Source of the DNA: a virus
Length of the DNA stretch: 64,000 nucleotides
Reading direction: 5' to 3' (one strand)
Virus record (IMG/VR): IMGVR_UViG_3300047444_000577
Coordinates: 34,441-98,440 of that record
Shown here: piece by piece, positions 48,992 to 57,624 of the stretch
Layout of the letters: each line of letters opens with the position of its first letter
Position numbering within the stretch: the stretch's first letter is position 1
Position numbers and translations under genes: made by a program
Notes under the pieces: model-generated
The model's input: the letters and a program-made list of their open reading frames with translations, nothing else
Databases searched by the model: none
What the model was told of the DNA's origin: nothing

Positions 48992-49108
48992 CCTGCGCCT
49001 GCGAGATTAGGTGACGGGCTCGGGAAAGTGCGCTCCCTACCGCTAAATACTCGGATTCGCCCCAGTGCTGCGTTTCGGTCTCCCGCCCCTGCTCGGGGTT
49101 GATTACAG
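48992..49108 (-). promoter_or_regulatory. ydaO/yuaA-type c-di-AMP riboswitch
   Basis: AGGGGCGGGAGACC...TGGGGCGAATC...GTAGGG...TTTCCCGAGCCCGTCACCTAA, ending at the hydrolase RBS. Confidence 0.75.
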
Positions 49109-49145
49109 AGTTTGTCCAGGAGCAGGGTTCGGCGTCTGGACAAAG

Positions 49146-49219
49146 TCGGGATGACAGGAATCGAACCTGCGACTTTCCGCTCCCAAAGCGGACGCTCTAC
49201 CAAGCTGAGCTACATCCCG
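49146..49219 (-). tRNA. tRNA-Pro(TGG)
   Basis: CGGGATGTAGCTCAGCTTGGTAGAGC..TCCGC-TTTGGGA-GCGGA..GGTTCGATTCC..CATCCCGA. Confidence 0.95.
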
Positions 49220-49391
49220 TTGCGTCGTCAGGTGCTGAGCTTTCGCTCGGCCCCCTTCGGCACGCTATCGACGTTACCGTATTGGCCGTACCCATTGTCA
49301 AGCGAAGTAGCAACTCATCTTGCTGCACGTGGGCAGAAGTGTCCCCCGCCGGGACTTACGCGGAGCGCTCTCAGATGGCGCTGGGCTGCCC

Positions 49392-49505
49392 TCAGGCGGC
49401 GGGGAACAAGCAACGGCCGAGGCGGTACGCCTGCGAGGCCGGAGCGAACGAGGGCATGGCGAGGGCCGGGAGGTGCCCCGGGCTCATGCTTCGCTCGTTC
49501 GTCAT
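49392..49505 (-). CDS. 37-aa small ORF
   Basis: Strong RBS AGAAAGGA; MTNERSMSPGHLPALAMPSFAPASQAYRLGRCLFPAA. Confidence 0.4.
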   Translation of the reverse strand: MTNERSMSPGHLPALAMPSFAPASQAYRLGRCLFPAA

Positions 49506-49650
49506 GGTTCCTTTCTACCGGTTATGACGTCCCGGTTTGTAATGAGGCCACTGCCCGGGACCGCCGGGACGGTCGGGGGGTAGGCCCCTGAACGCAAAGA
49601 AGGACCAGGGAGCACCCACTCCCTGGTCCTTCGGTGCGAGGCTAGCTGAT

Positions 49651-50022
49651 TCAGCCGCCGTGGGCTTCCTGGTACTCCACGAGCAGGGCCTGCGGCAGCC
49701 GACCAGCCTCCGGAACCTCGCGACCCTGCGCCTGCAGCCAGAGCCGAACGTCCTTGGTGGTGAACGGCCTGCCGTCCGCACCCTGGATCGCCTTTCGGAC
49801 CGCCGTACCGTTCCGCTGCTGGGTGTCGCTGGCGATGCTCGTGTACGGCTGCAGGGCAGCGATCAGTGACTCCTGGTGCTCCGCGCACAGGTCCATGAGG
49901 TAGCGGGTGGTGCCCACAGTGACAGGAGTCGGCTCATTGTTCGGCACCGGAAGACCGCAAGCTTCTGTCTTCTTCCGCCTTAGGACCTTGAAATCGCAAG
50001 CCTTGCTGATGATGTCTGCCAT
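49651..50022 (-). CDS. lsr2: Lsr2-like nucleoid-associated protein
   Basis: RYLMDLC..H...L.AALQPY dimerisation motif; DVRLWLQAQGREVPEAGRLP...EY DNA-binding domain. Confidence 0.8.
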   Translation of the reverse strand: MADIISKACDFKVLRRKKTEACGLPVPNNEPTPVTVGTTRYLMDLCAEHQESLIAALQPYTSIASDTQQRNGTAVRKAIQGADGRPFTTKDVRLWLQAQGREVPEAGRLPQALLVEYQEAHGG

Positions 50023-50127
50023 CGGGCAACTCCTTAGGAACGGCACGAACGCGCGCCGGAGCGGCTACGCAGCCACCACCGCAATATTGCTCTCCCCTTA
50101 TCGGTTCTGTCAAGCGTTTCCAAACCG

Positions 50128-50988
50128 CTACGACACGGCCACAACGTTGAAAGCACTCAAAGTACGCCCGGCCCCGTCGAACAGCCTGTACCTCTCTGTC
50201 TTCTCCGACGGGGGTACCACGCCCGCCCACGCCCCAAACTTGTGGTGCAGCAGGTCCTTCGGGGAGATAGGGTCACACGCCTCGTCGACACGGTGCGTAG
50301 CTGGCCTCTTTCGGTGACGTCCGGTGGGTTTGGGCTCCGGTGTTGTGGTCGCTGGTACCGACGGGCTCGGGGTGACCTCAACGGGGGGCGTAGGTGCTGT
50401 GGTCGGTGCCGCCGAGGGAGCAGCAGCCACCGAAACCGTTGGCGCTGCAGCGGGAGTCAGGCTCGGCGACGCGGTAGGCGCGGGGGGCGGAGAAGCCTTG
50501 GCAGGCGCGGGGGTGGGGGTACTGGAGGGCAGCACCGGTCCGCGTCCAGAAGCTGGCACAGCGCTGGAGGGTCTGACGAACGCGGTGCGCTGCAGGGCTA
50601 CCTGCGACTGCTTTGCGGCGGGGACGGTGGGCTGCTGGTTCCCATCGTGATCCCCTTGTGAGATCGGAGTTCTGTGGCCCTCCGAGACCTCGGAAGCAGC
50701 CATGGCCACAACGAGCGGTGTGACCAGCGCCGCTAGGACCACGACTGCGGAATTGCGGAACCGCGACCGTCGAGGCCGGGGCGCTGCGTGTGCTGGTTCC
50801 GGGGCGTGTGGGGGTGCTTCCTCGTCGGGGCTCCAGAAGACTGGGCCACCGGAGGCCTCATCCCAGCCCCATTCCAGCTCTCCGCGCTCCACCATGTCCA
50901 TCAGGACGGATTCGATGACGGCGTCGGAGTCCTCGGGGGCGTCCTCGTCCTCGTGGGGGTCGACGTTGTCCCCTGTTGCCTCTATCAC
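50128..50988 (-). CDS. Membrane-anchored Pro/Ala/Thr-rich protein
   Basis: Acidic N-terminus, one TM helix, low-complexity linker. Confidence 0.55.
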   Translation of the reverse strand: MIEATGDNVDPHEDEDAPEDSDAVIESVLMDMVERGELEWGWDEASGGPVFWSPDEEAPPHAPEPAHAAPRPRRSRFRNSAVVVLAALVTPLVVAMAASEVSEGHRTPISQGDHDGNQQPTVPAAKQSQVALQRTAFVRPSSAVPASGRGPVLPSSTPTPAPAKASPPPAPTASPSLTPAAAPTVSVAAAPSAAPTTAPTPPVEVTPSPSVPATTTPEPKPTGRHRKRPATHRVDEACDPISPKDLLHHKFGAWAGVVPPSEKTERYRLFDGAGRTLSAFNVVAVS

Positions 50989-51048
50989 CTAGTGATCCCC
51001 TACTCCCCCAGCTCATACCGTACTGTTTGCCCGGTTTTTCCTATAGCA

Positions 51049-51264
51049 CTAGAACCATGTACTGTCCATGGCTTGGACGCTCTCCGGGGCGGTCGACGCT
51101 GTAGCGGTGTCCGGGGTGACCGCATCGGCCGGAGCGAACCAGGTGCTGTCCGCTACTACGTGGTGGCCCGTTACATCCACAGCAGTGGGGGTAGACGCAC
51201 CCACGATCCCTGCTGCCGCGAGGGCGAGGGAGGCGACCAGGAGACAGGAGCGCTTGCTGCGCAT
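51049..51264 (-). CDS. Secreted pro-peptide with two DSTWF repeats (candidate signalling peptide)
   Basis: RBS TAAGGA; Sec-type signal MRSKRSCLLVASLALAAAGIVGA; ADSTWF internally and MDSTWF at the C-terminus. Confidence 0.75.
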   Translation of the reverse strand: MRSKRSCLLVASLALAAAGIVGASTPTAVDVTGHHVVADSTWFAPADAVTPDTATASTAPESVQAMDSTWF

Positions 51265-51392
51265 TCGAACACATCCTTAAGAGTCTCGGAGCCGTCGGCG
51301 TACCCCCAACGCCGGGGGCCGCTGTCCGAGGTGGTCAGTAGACTACGTACCGCAACATCCCAGCAAGCGTTTTCGAACTACCGATCCCGGCA

Positions 51393-52409
51393 ATGCAGAT
51401 TGACGCACACATGAATGCTCCCCTGCCCGATCATGTGGACCTCCGGAAGCACTCCGACCACATGATTCATGTGTTTAACCGTGTCGCACAAGGAGAGGAC
51501 GTACACCCCACAACTCCTGGAGTCAGCGAGCTGGTCAGTTTGGGAGTATTGGTTCGGGAAGAAGACGGAACCATCGGTACGGCAGCGCGCACCCTTGCCC
51601 ACATGGCGGCGCGCGACGTCATCCTGGACGCTCTTCACGAGCAGGTCGCCTACGCCCGCACCGTTGGCCGCATTTTCGACCGTTTGGCGGAAGTGGACAT
51701 AAGGGGCGCATCCTCCGTACGGGTAATCGAACACCTGCACGGCGGCAGCTCCATCGAACGGCGCATCGACGAGCTGTTCGCGCGGGCCAAGCACGAGATT
51801 TTGCTCATGCAGCCGACCACCCGACGCTCTCAGAACGTCCTGGCCCAGTCCGCACGCCGGGACATGGCTGCCCTGGATCGAGGGGTCCACATACGGACCC
51901 TGTACCGCCCCGGTGTCCTCACCCAACCCCTCATAGAAGAGCGCGCTCGACAAGGCGCGATGTTGGGGGAGGAGGTGCGCACCCTCGACGTTGATTTCAG
52001 CAGGATGTTCATCATCGACGGCAAGTGGGCGGTCCTCCAGGACCATGTGCCGCGCGAGGGCGAGCCGGACCGCAACTACGCGCACCTGGTGTCCAACAGC
52101 GAGGTGTGTGCCTTCCTCTGCGCGCTCTTCGAACGCCACTGGGTCCTCGCCAAGCACTGGCACGGCGGTCGGCCCGGCAGTTCAGTCACCCCCCGGCAGC
52201 GTGCCCTGCTGGACCTGGTGGGGCCCGGAGGGCTCACGATCAAACAAGCGGCCAGCAAGATGGGCCTGAGCGAGCGCAGCTTGGCCACCGAGCTGGTGCG
52301 GATTCGCGAGGCGCATCCTCAGGTGAGGATGCCGACGCTGGCCAGCATGGCGTTCTGGTGGGCCACCCACCCCGGCCGGGAGCGGGAAGTTCCAAGTGCT
52401 GATGACTAG
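51393..52409 (+). CDS. Transcription regulator: PLD/TrmB-like sensor domain plus C-terminal LuxR-type HTH
   Basis: AKHEILLMQP, LDRGVHIRTLY, EVRTL...SRMFIID...A, LFERHW..A; VTPRQRALLDL...TIKQAASKMGLSERS. Confidence 0.85.
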   Translation: MQIDAHMNAPLPDHVDLRKHSDHMIHVFNRVAQGEDVHPTTPGVSELVSLGVLVREEDGTIGTAARTLAHMAARDVILDALHEQVAYARTVGRIFDRLAEVDIRGASSVRVIEHLHGGSSIERRIDELFARAKHEILLMQPTTRRSQNVLAQSARRDMAALDRGVHIRTLYRPGVLTQPLIEERARQGAMLGEEVRTLDVDFSRMFIIDGKWAVLQDHVPREGEPDRNYAHLVSNSEVCAFLCALFERHWVLAKHWHGGRPGSSVTPRQRALLDLVGPGGLTIKQAASKMGLSERSLATELVRIREAHPQVRMPTLASMAFWWATHPGREREVPSADD

Positions 52410-52416
52410 GCATGCA

Positions 52417-52448
52417 GAAGCCCCCGTAACCTGGGTGACGGGGGCTTC
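52417..52448. terminator. Bidirectional terminator
   Basis: GAAGCCCCCGT/ACGGGGGCTTC stem between convergent genes. Confidence 0.65.
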
Positions 52449-52457
52449 CATGCTGGG

Positions 52458-53210
52458 CTAGAAGTCGCCGGGGGCGACCTGCAGGCAGGTCAGTCCGAGG
52501 GTGTTTCGCCACATCTCGACCACCTGGTCACGGTCGTCGAGAACGAGCCGGACGTTGTACTTGCCCTGGATGTCCCGGCGGTAGATCTCCTCCTTGACGA
52601 TGAAGTCCTTTCGGCCGTCCTTCCGTGGCCGCATCAGGAGTTGCAGGTCAAGGACCCATTCCCCCAGGTGCTCGCGAAGCCACTCCTGCGTGTCGTCGAA
52701 GCAGACGACGTCTCGGCCGGACATGAAGATGATCTCGGCGTGGGATCCCCAGTACAGGGTCTTGACCAGTTCGACGACGTCCGTGATGGGCTCGTCCCCT
52801 CCGACCTTCCGCCAGTCGAACGGCCCCCGGTCCACCCGCCGGGCCAGCGTGCCGTCGATGTCCACCAGGATCGCTTCAGGGAGTTCCTCGACTGCGGTGG
52901 GTTCGGTCACGTTCTTCTCCTCGGTCGGGGTGTGGCAGCAGGTGTCGCAGATGTGCACGGCGAGAACGCTCACGTCCGGATCCCAGCCGTGGATCTGCTC
53001 CTTGAAGGCGAGGTCGTCCGGGTCGGGGTGGGCGTAGCCGTGCGGGCAGACGCGCTCCATCAGCATCAGCGCCGAGTTGAAGTGCTGCGGGAAGTCACGC
53101 ATCCCGTGGTTGGAGGGGTTGTGCACCGCGCAGTACGGACCGATACACACGCCAGCGGGGTGGGAGTAGATCTGCTGTCCGCCCTCCAGAACCGTGTACT
53201 CCAGCGTCAT
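52458..53210 (-). CDS. HAD-family polynucleotide 3'-phosphatase (PNKP-like) with a Cys/His-rich N-terminus
   Basis: ILVDIDGTLA, FMSGR, LLMRP..D.RKD..VK, LDDRDQVVEMWR..GL.CLQVA.GDF. Confidence 0.85.
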   Translation of the reverse strand: MTLEYTVLEGGQQIYSHPAGVCIGPYCAVHNPSNHGMRDFPQHFNSALMLMERVCPHGYAHPDPDDLAFKEQIHGWDPDVSVLAVHICDTCCHTPTEEKNVTEPTAVEELPEAILVDIDGTLARRVDRGPFDWRKVGGDEPITDVVELVKTLYWGSHAEIIFMSGRDVVCFDDTQEWLREHLGEWVLDLQLLMRPRKDGRKDFIVKEEIYRRDIQGKYNVRLVLDDRDQVVEMWRNTLGLTCLQVAPGDF

Positions 53211-53283
53211 GCCGTCCCCTCGTTGTGCAACGGCTCCTCGGTATGAAGGTCGTCCAGCATGTCGGTATCAACGGGGCTGGTCA

Positions 53284-53514
53284 TCAGGCGCGCTGATCCA
53301 GCGCCTTGACGGCGTGCTCGGCGAACGCGGTCCAGAAGGTGTCCGGAAGGTACGGGATCCCGAACCAGGCCTTCGTGGTTGCGGCGAGGACCTCGACGGC
53401 CGTGGCCCGCTTGGCTGCCTCGGCCTCCAGCCACGACTGCGAGGCGGACACGTTCGGGACGGCGAGACTGTCGAGGTGCATCACGGGGCGCGTGTCGGTG
53501 GCGGTGTTGGTCAT
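53284..53514 (-). CDS. Hypothetical protein
   Basis: RBS GGAGG. Confidence 0.55.
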   Translation of the reverse strand: MTNTATDTRPVMHLDSLAVPNVSASQSWLEAEAAKRATAVEVLAATTKAWFGIPYLPDTFWTAFAEHAVKALDQRA

Positions 53515-53519
53515 GTTGT

Positions 53520-53951
53520 TCAGCCCTCCTGGGTCTGGGTCGCCGCCTGAGCGGCCTTCTGGTAGGCCTTGCGGGCCTTCTTCGCGGACTTCTTGCTAGC
53601 CTTCCTGAGCGCCGTCTGTTCGAGGTCGGCCAGGTCGTACTCGACGCGGTCCAGCTCGGTTTCGAGTCCGCTGATGAAATCGTTGACGGCGGTCCGCAGG
53701 CGAGCGGCCTTCAGTCGGGCGTTGTCCAGGTTCGAGCGCAGTTCCTTGCGCTCCTTGGCGGTGCGGGTGGTTCCGAAGACGCCGAAGTCGAGCGTTATGG
53801 AGCGGTTGCAGTCCGCGATCTGGAGCGTGGCCCCGAAGTCGAGGTAGCCCTTGTCGTCGTCGCCCTCCTTGATCTCCGCCAGGACCGCAGCAACGCTGTG
53901 GTGCCCCTCTTCGTTGAGGAACTGGCGACGGTAGAAGATCGGGTCACTCAT
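53520..53951 (-). CDS. Hypothetical protein
   Basis: RBS GAGGAG; upstream promoter carrying the operator-like motif. Confidence 0.65.
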   Translation of the reverse strand: MSDPIFYRRQFLNEEGHHSVAAVLAEIKEGDDDKGYLDFGATLQIADCNRSITLDFGVFGTTRTAKERKELRSNLDNARLKAARLRTAVNDFISGLETELDRVEYDLADLEQTALRKASKKSAKKARKAYQKAAQAATQTQEG

Positions 53952-54131
53952 GTGCGTTGACTCCTCGGTGCGGTGTTCCCTGGCGGTGTCGGCCCCCGTT
54001 CCGACATCACTGAATCTATACTGTCGAACCGATAACTACAAGCCATTACCGGCTATTGATTCACACCAGTCCCACACAACGTGAAGGCCCCCACCAGGGT
54101 GTCCCGGTGAGGGCCTTCACAACTCAGTCGG

Positions 54132-54806
54132 CTAGATGCCGCGTATGTCCCACAGCAGTTGCTGCAGCCGGTCCGTACGCGGGTACTTGGGCAGCACGCT
54201 ATCGACGCTGTTGAACGTGTCGAAGGCCCGCTGGAACTCCTCCTCGATACGCTCCGCCGACATCTCGTCGAAGGCCCAGTAGAAGTCCGGGTTGCTCACA
54301 CGCACCGTCAGCGAGCCCTTGTAGAGCAGGTCCTTGCCCTGCTCCAGCAGCCGGAAGCAGTGACGCGCGTGCTTCGCGATCCGGCCCTGCCGCTGCTCGT
54401 TGCGGACTTCCTGCTGGATACGCGCGATCTGACTCATGGCGTAGCCGCCGTAGGCCGAGCGCACGTACGTCTCCGACAGGAAGTCGGACCGAAGGTCGAC
54501 CAGCCGCTGGCCAGCCTCTGTCAGCACCTCGTACTCCGGCAGGTACAGCAGGTCCACCAGGGTCGGATTGCAGCGCAGCGCGAGCCGGATGTACTTCCCG
54601 ATCTCGTGCATCGTCAGGTCCGGATCCCTCGTGACCACGGACTCGCGAAGCAACTGGGTCACCTTGTCGCGGTCGACGACATGCAGGTGCCGGACTGGGG
54701 TCGCGAAGAGACCGAGCCGGTCGATGTCGGAGCCGGGCCGGGCGAGGCCGAAGGCTGTTGAGCCCACAACCCCGCGCAGCAGGACCCCCGCAGTGTCCAG
54801 GCTCAT
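54132..54806 (-). CDS. Pol-beta superfamily nucleotidyltransferase
   Basis: VVGSTAFGLA.P.SDID.LG, HEIGKY..LAL.CNP, KHARHCFRLL. Confidence 0.85.
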   Translation of the reverse strand: MSLDTAGVLLRGVVGSTAFGLARPGSDIDRLGLFATPVRHLHVVDRDKVTQLLRESVVTRDPDLTMHEIGKYIRLALRCNPTLVDLLYLPEYEVLTEAGQRLVDLRSDFLSETYVRSAYGGYAMSQIARIQQEVRNEQRQGRIAKHARHCFRLLEQGKDLLYKGSLTVRVSNPDFYWAFDEMSAERIEEEFQRAFDTFNSVDSVLPKYPRTDRLQQLLWDIRGI

Positions 54807-55270
54807 ACGGGACCGCCGAAGAGGTCGTCCAGCAGCGGCCTCTGCCCTTCGATGGCCGACTCCATCGCCTCGACGCGCTCCGGGTACTCCTCCAGCGCAA
54901 GCGCGACGGCACGGCCCCATGGAATCCCGTTGTCCTGGTGCTCCTGCGCGATGGCCAGCAGCGACTCAGTGGCCAGGTCGAGTCGGAGGATGCCGTCCGT
55001 GATCAGACCGGACACGTCCGTCTCTCTGTTGGCCACGGCCAGGTCGAGGACCTCGTAGGGAACACCCTTGTAGTGCAGGACGTGACCGATCAGGCACGAC
55101 GGGCAGCGCGTGTCCTCGTTGAAGTAGACGCAGCCATCGGCCGGACGGTGGTAAACCGTCTGCGCACCGTTCTCGTCGACCGCGCGATGGAGCAGCGACT
55201 TGGCCTCATCGAAGGACAGTTCCAGCGGTGCCCACTCCCAAGCGGGCCGGGTATGAAGCGTGTTGGTCAT
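54803..55270 (-). CDS. Hypothetical protein
   Basis: RBS AGGAG; CVYF...PSCLIGHVL..AQEHQD.G.PWG. Confidence 0.65.
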   Translation of the reverse strand: MTNTLHTRPAWEWAPLELSFDEAKSLLHRAVDENGAQTVYHRPADGCVYFNEDTRCPSCLIGHVLHYKGVPYEVLDLAVANRETDVSGLITDGILRLDLATESLLAIAQEHQDNGIPWGRAVALALEEYPERVEAMESAIEGQRPLLDDLFGGPV

Positions 55271-55608
55271 GGCGGTGCTCCTGTCAGAGGTGGTGGAGGA
55301 GGAAGTCGACGATTCCCAGGGCGAGAGCGAAGAGCAGGATCCGGCGCAGGACCTCCCCCGCCGCCTGCAGCAGCGTGCGCAGCAGGAAACCGGTGGAGAG
55401 GTGGACGGGCTCGAATCCCTTGACAGGGCTCTCAGGGGTGGGCTTCTTCTTGGTCACGGCGGCTCCTTGTCAGAGGGCGGAGAGGATGGCGGACACGAGG
55501 ATGTAGGCCGCTGCGACAGTGGCGAACCCGACGACGGCGAAGACTGTCCAGATCAGGCCCACGACGAAGCGTTCCAGACCATCTGCTGCGGTCACGTGCG
55601 GGTCGGTC

Positions 55609-55851
55609 TTACTCAAAGCCCAGCACCTCCTTCAGTCGCTCCGCGAACTCCTTGACGGTGCGCTCCTCGGCCTCGGCGGAACACATCCGGCCGTAGTCGT
55701 CGTGCTCGTCGTCGAACTTGCGCTCCAGGAGCACCACGTCACCGATCGAGACGATGGTCGTGTAGGTCCGGTAACCCGTCCATCCAGCGGCGTTCCAGCT
55801 CTCCTCTGTGGTGACCTTGAGGAGCGGTTCGGGGATCTCGATGCTCGCCAT
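55609..55851 (-). CDS. Hypothetical protein
   Basis: ATG coupled to the upstream stop. Confidence 0.5.
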   Translation of the reverse strand: MASIEIPEPLLKVTTEESWNAAGWTGYRTYTTIVSIGDVVLLERKFDDEHDDYGRMCSAEAEERTVKEFAERLKEVLGFE

Positions 55852-56128
55852 CAGCCCTCCCGGAAGAACTTGGCCACCGACGACTTGGTCACCTGCGCTG
55901 CGCACCGTGCCAGCGTTTCCGCCCGGATGAAGGGCTTCGGGGTGATCAGGTTGAGGAAGGCCAACGGTGGCGGCTGTGCCTGCATGAACATCTCCATCTG
56001 TTCCCGGTAGATGTCGCGCATCTGGATCTGCTCCAACTCTCTCTGCGCTTCGATCTCGACCTCCTTCCGGTAGTGGGCCTCCTGGCCGTAGTAGCGCAGG
56101 AGGACCCATCGTTCGAATTGGGTGAGGT

Positions 56129-56509
56129 TCAGCGGCCGATCACTTCCACGTGCACGCTGTTCCCAGATCTCGGGTGGAGCGTGATGCTGCTGCTGGCGTG
56201 GATCTCCAGGGTGTCGTCGTCCATCAGGCGCACCAGGAAGTAGCGCCATCGGTCGACGTCCTGCTTCGGCTTGTACCGGAACTCGACCATCGGGCGGTTC
56301 GGTACCTGCCGCCGGTTCGCGCTGTAGGGGTCGATGATGATCTCGGAGTCGTCGGGCCCGGTGTTGATGAGCCCACGCGCGACCGCCAACTCTCGGTTCA
56401 GCGCGAGAATTCGTTCCCCGCGAGCCCTGAGTTCCGCTTGGGCCCACCTGGGCAGCCGGTCGAACCTGTCGGCCGCAGACTGAGCAGCGGCCGAAGTATG
56501 AAGCGTCAT
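56129..56509 (-). CDS. Hypothetical protein
   Basis: RBS GGGGAG. Confidence 0.6.
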   Translation of the reverse strand: MTLHTSAAAQSAADRFDRLPRWAQAELRARGERILALNRELAVARGLINTGPDDSEIIIDPYSANRRQVPNRPMVEFRYKPKQDVDRWRYFLVRLMDDDTLEIHASSSITLHPRSGNSVHVEVIGR

Positions 56510-56512
56510 GCG

Positions 56513-56749
56513 TTACTCCCCCGCGTATTCGTGGACTCCGCCGTCCCAGTAGCGGTTGAACACCGCGCCGGTCAGCGCGTTGTAGACCAGGGTGTTGGCC
56601 TCAGAACCCCCACGCATTACCGCGTTCGCGGTGTCCGAGGAGTGCTTACCGGTGACCTTGGCCAAGTAGGCAGCCTCCCGGATCGACATCTGCACCGTGA
56701 GGGACTCGGGCTGCTCGTCTTCGTCGAACTCCAGCGTTCGAATCAGCAT
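56513..56749 (-). CDS. Hypothetical protein
   Basis: RBS AAGGAG. Confidence 0.55.
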   Translation of the reverse strand: MLIRTLEFDEDEQPESLTVQMSIREAAYLAKVTGKHSSDTANAVMRGGSEANTLVYNALTGAVFNRYWDGGVHEYAGE

Positions 56750-57097
56750 TCAGCTCTCCTTCTTGTCGGGGTCGATGCGGTCGATCAGCTCGGCCGCCGT
56801 GGCGTTCGGGTTGTGGGCCAGGAAGGTGCGCAGCAGGCGGGTGTTCATCCGCTCGACCTCGCGCCGGTAGTTGATGAGGTACGGCTCACGGGTCTCGGCC
56901 CGGACCGGCTCGACCGACACCTTGTAGGGGTACTTGCCGATGTCCTCGTTGATCATCAGGTGTTCAACTTCGAGGTTCTGCTCGTCGATCGCAGCCATCT
57001 CGAAGAGGTCCGTGGTGCCGTAGTCGTGCTCGGCATCGTCCATGTCGACGGGGTACTCGTAGGACACGACCACCCGCATCATCTGTGGATCGCTCAT
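56750..57097 (-). CDS. Hypothetical protein
   Basis: ATGA coupling. Confidence 0.55.
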   Translation of the reverse strand: MSDPQMMRVVVSYEYPVDMDDAEHDYGTTDLFEMAAIDEQNLEVEHLMINEDIGKYPYKVSVEPVRAETREPYLINYRREVERMNTRLLRTFLAHNPNATAAELIDRIDPDKKES

Positions 57098-57624
57098 GCG
57101 GTTTCCTGGTCGCCCAGTGCCAGCGCGAGGAACTTCCCCCCGTCGAACTCGATCTCCAGGGTGACCAGGATGTTGTTCACTTCCTCGGCGAGGTACAACT
57201 GCTGGCTGCGTCCCTCGGGGTAGTCCAGCCGGTTGATCGCTGAGGCGATCACGAGGGCCGGATCGAGGGCCTCGACAGGCAGGTCCTGGTCGAGCAGGTC
57301 GGCTGCGTCCGGCCTGAGTACCTCCGCGTAGGCGACCGCGTACGAATCTCCGGGCTGCCCCATCACGGTCATGTCATCGAGGATCTTCTCCGCGTCCAAC
57401 CGTGTCTGGTCTGCGCGTACGGCCTTCTCGAAGGCGTCCATCGCCTCGCGGACCTCATATCCGGCGACCGGCATGTCCTGGGCCCCGACGGAGAACAACG
57501 CCTCGCGGGTCGTCTCTACCGCCTGCACCTCGGCGATGAGTGGCACGTCGATGCCGTATTTCTCCTTGATGAGGGCGCGCAGTTCCTCGCGCTGCTGCCG
57601 CACCGTCTCGTTGATGTCAGACAA
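57094..57624 (-). CDS. Hypothetical protein
   Basis: RBS GGAGG. Confidence 0.55.
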   Translation of the reverse strand: MSDINETVRQQREELRALIKEKYGIDVPLIAEVQAVETTREALFSVGAQDMPVAGYEVREAMDAFEKAVRADQTRLDAEKILDDMTVMGQPGDSYAVAYAEVLRPDAADLLDQDLPVEALDPALVIASAINRLDYPEGRSQQLYLAEEVNNILVTLEIEFDGGKFLALALGDQETA

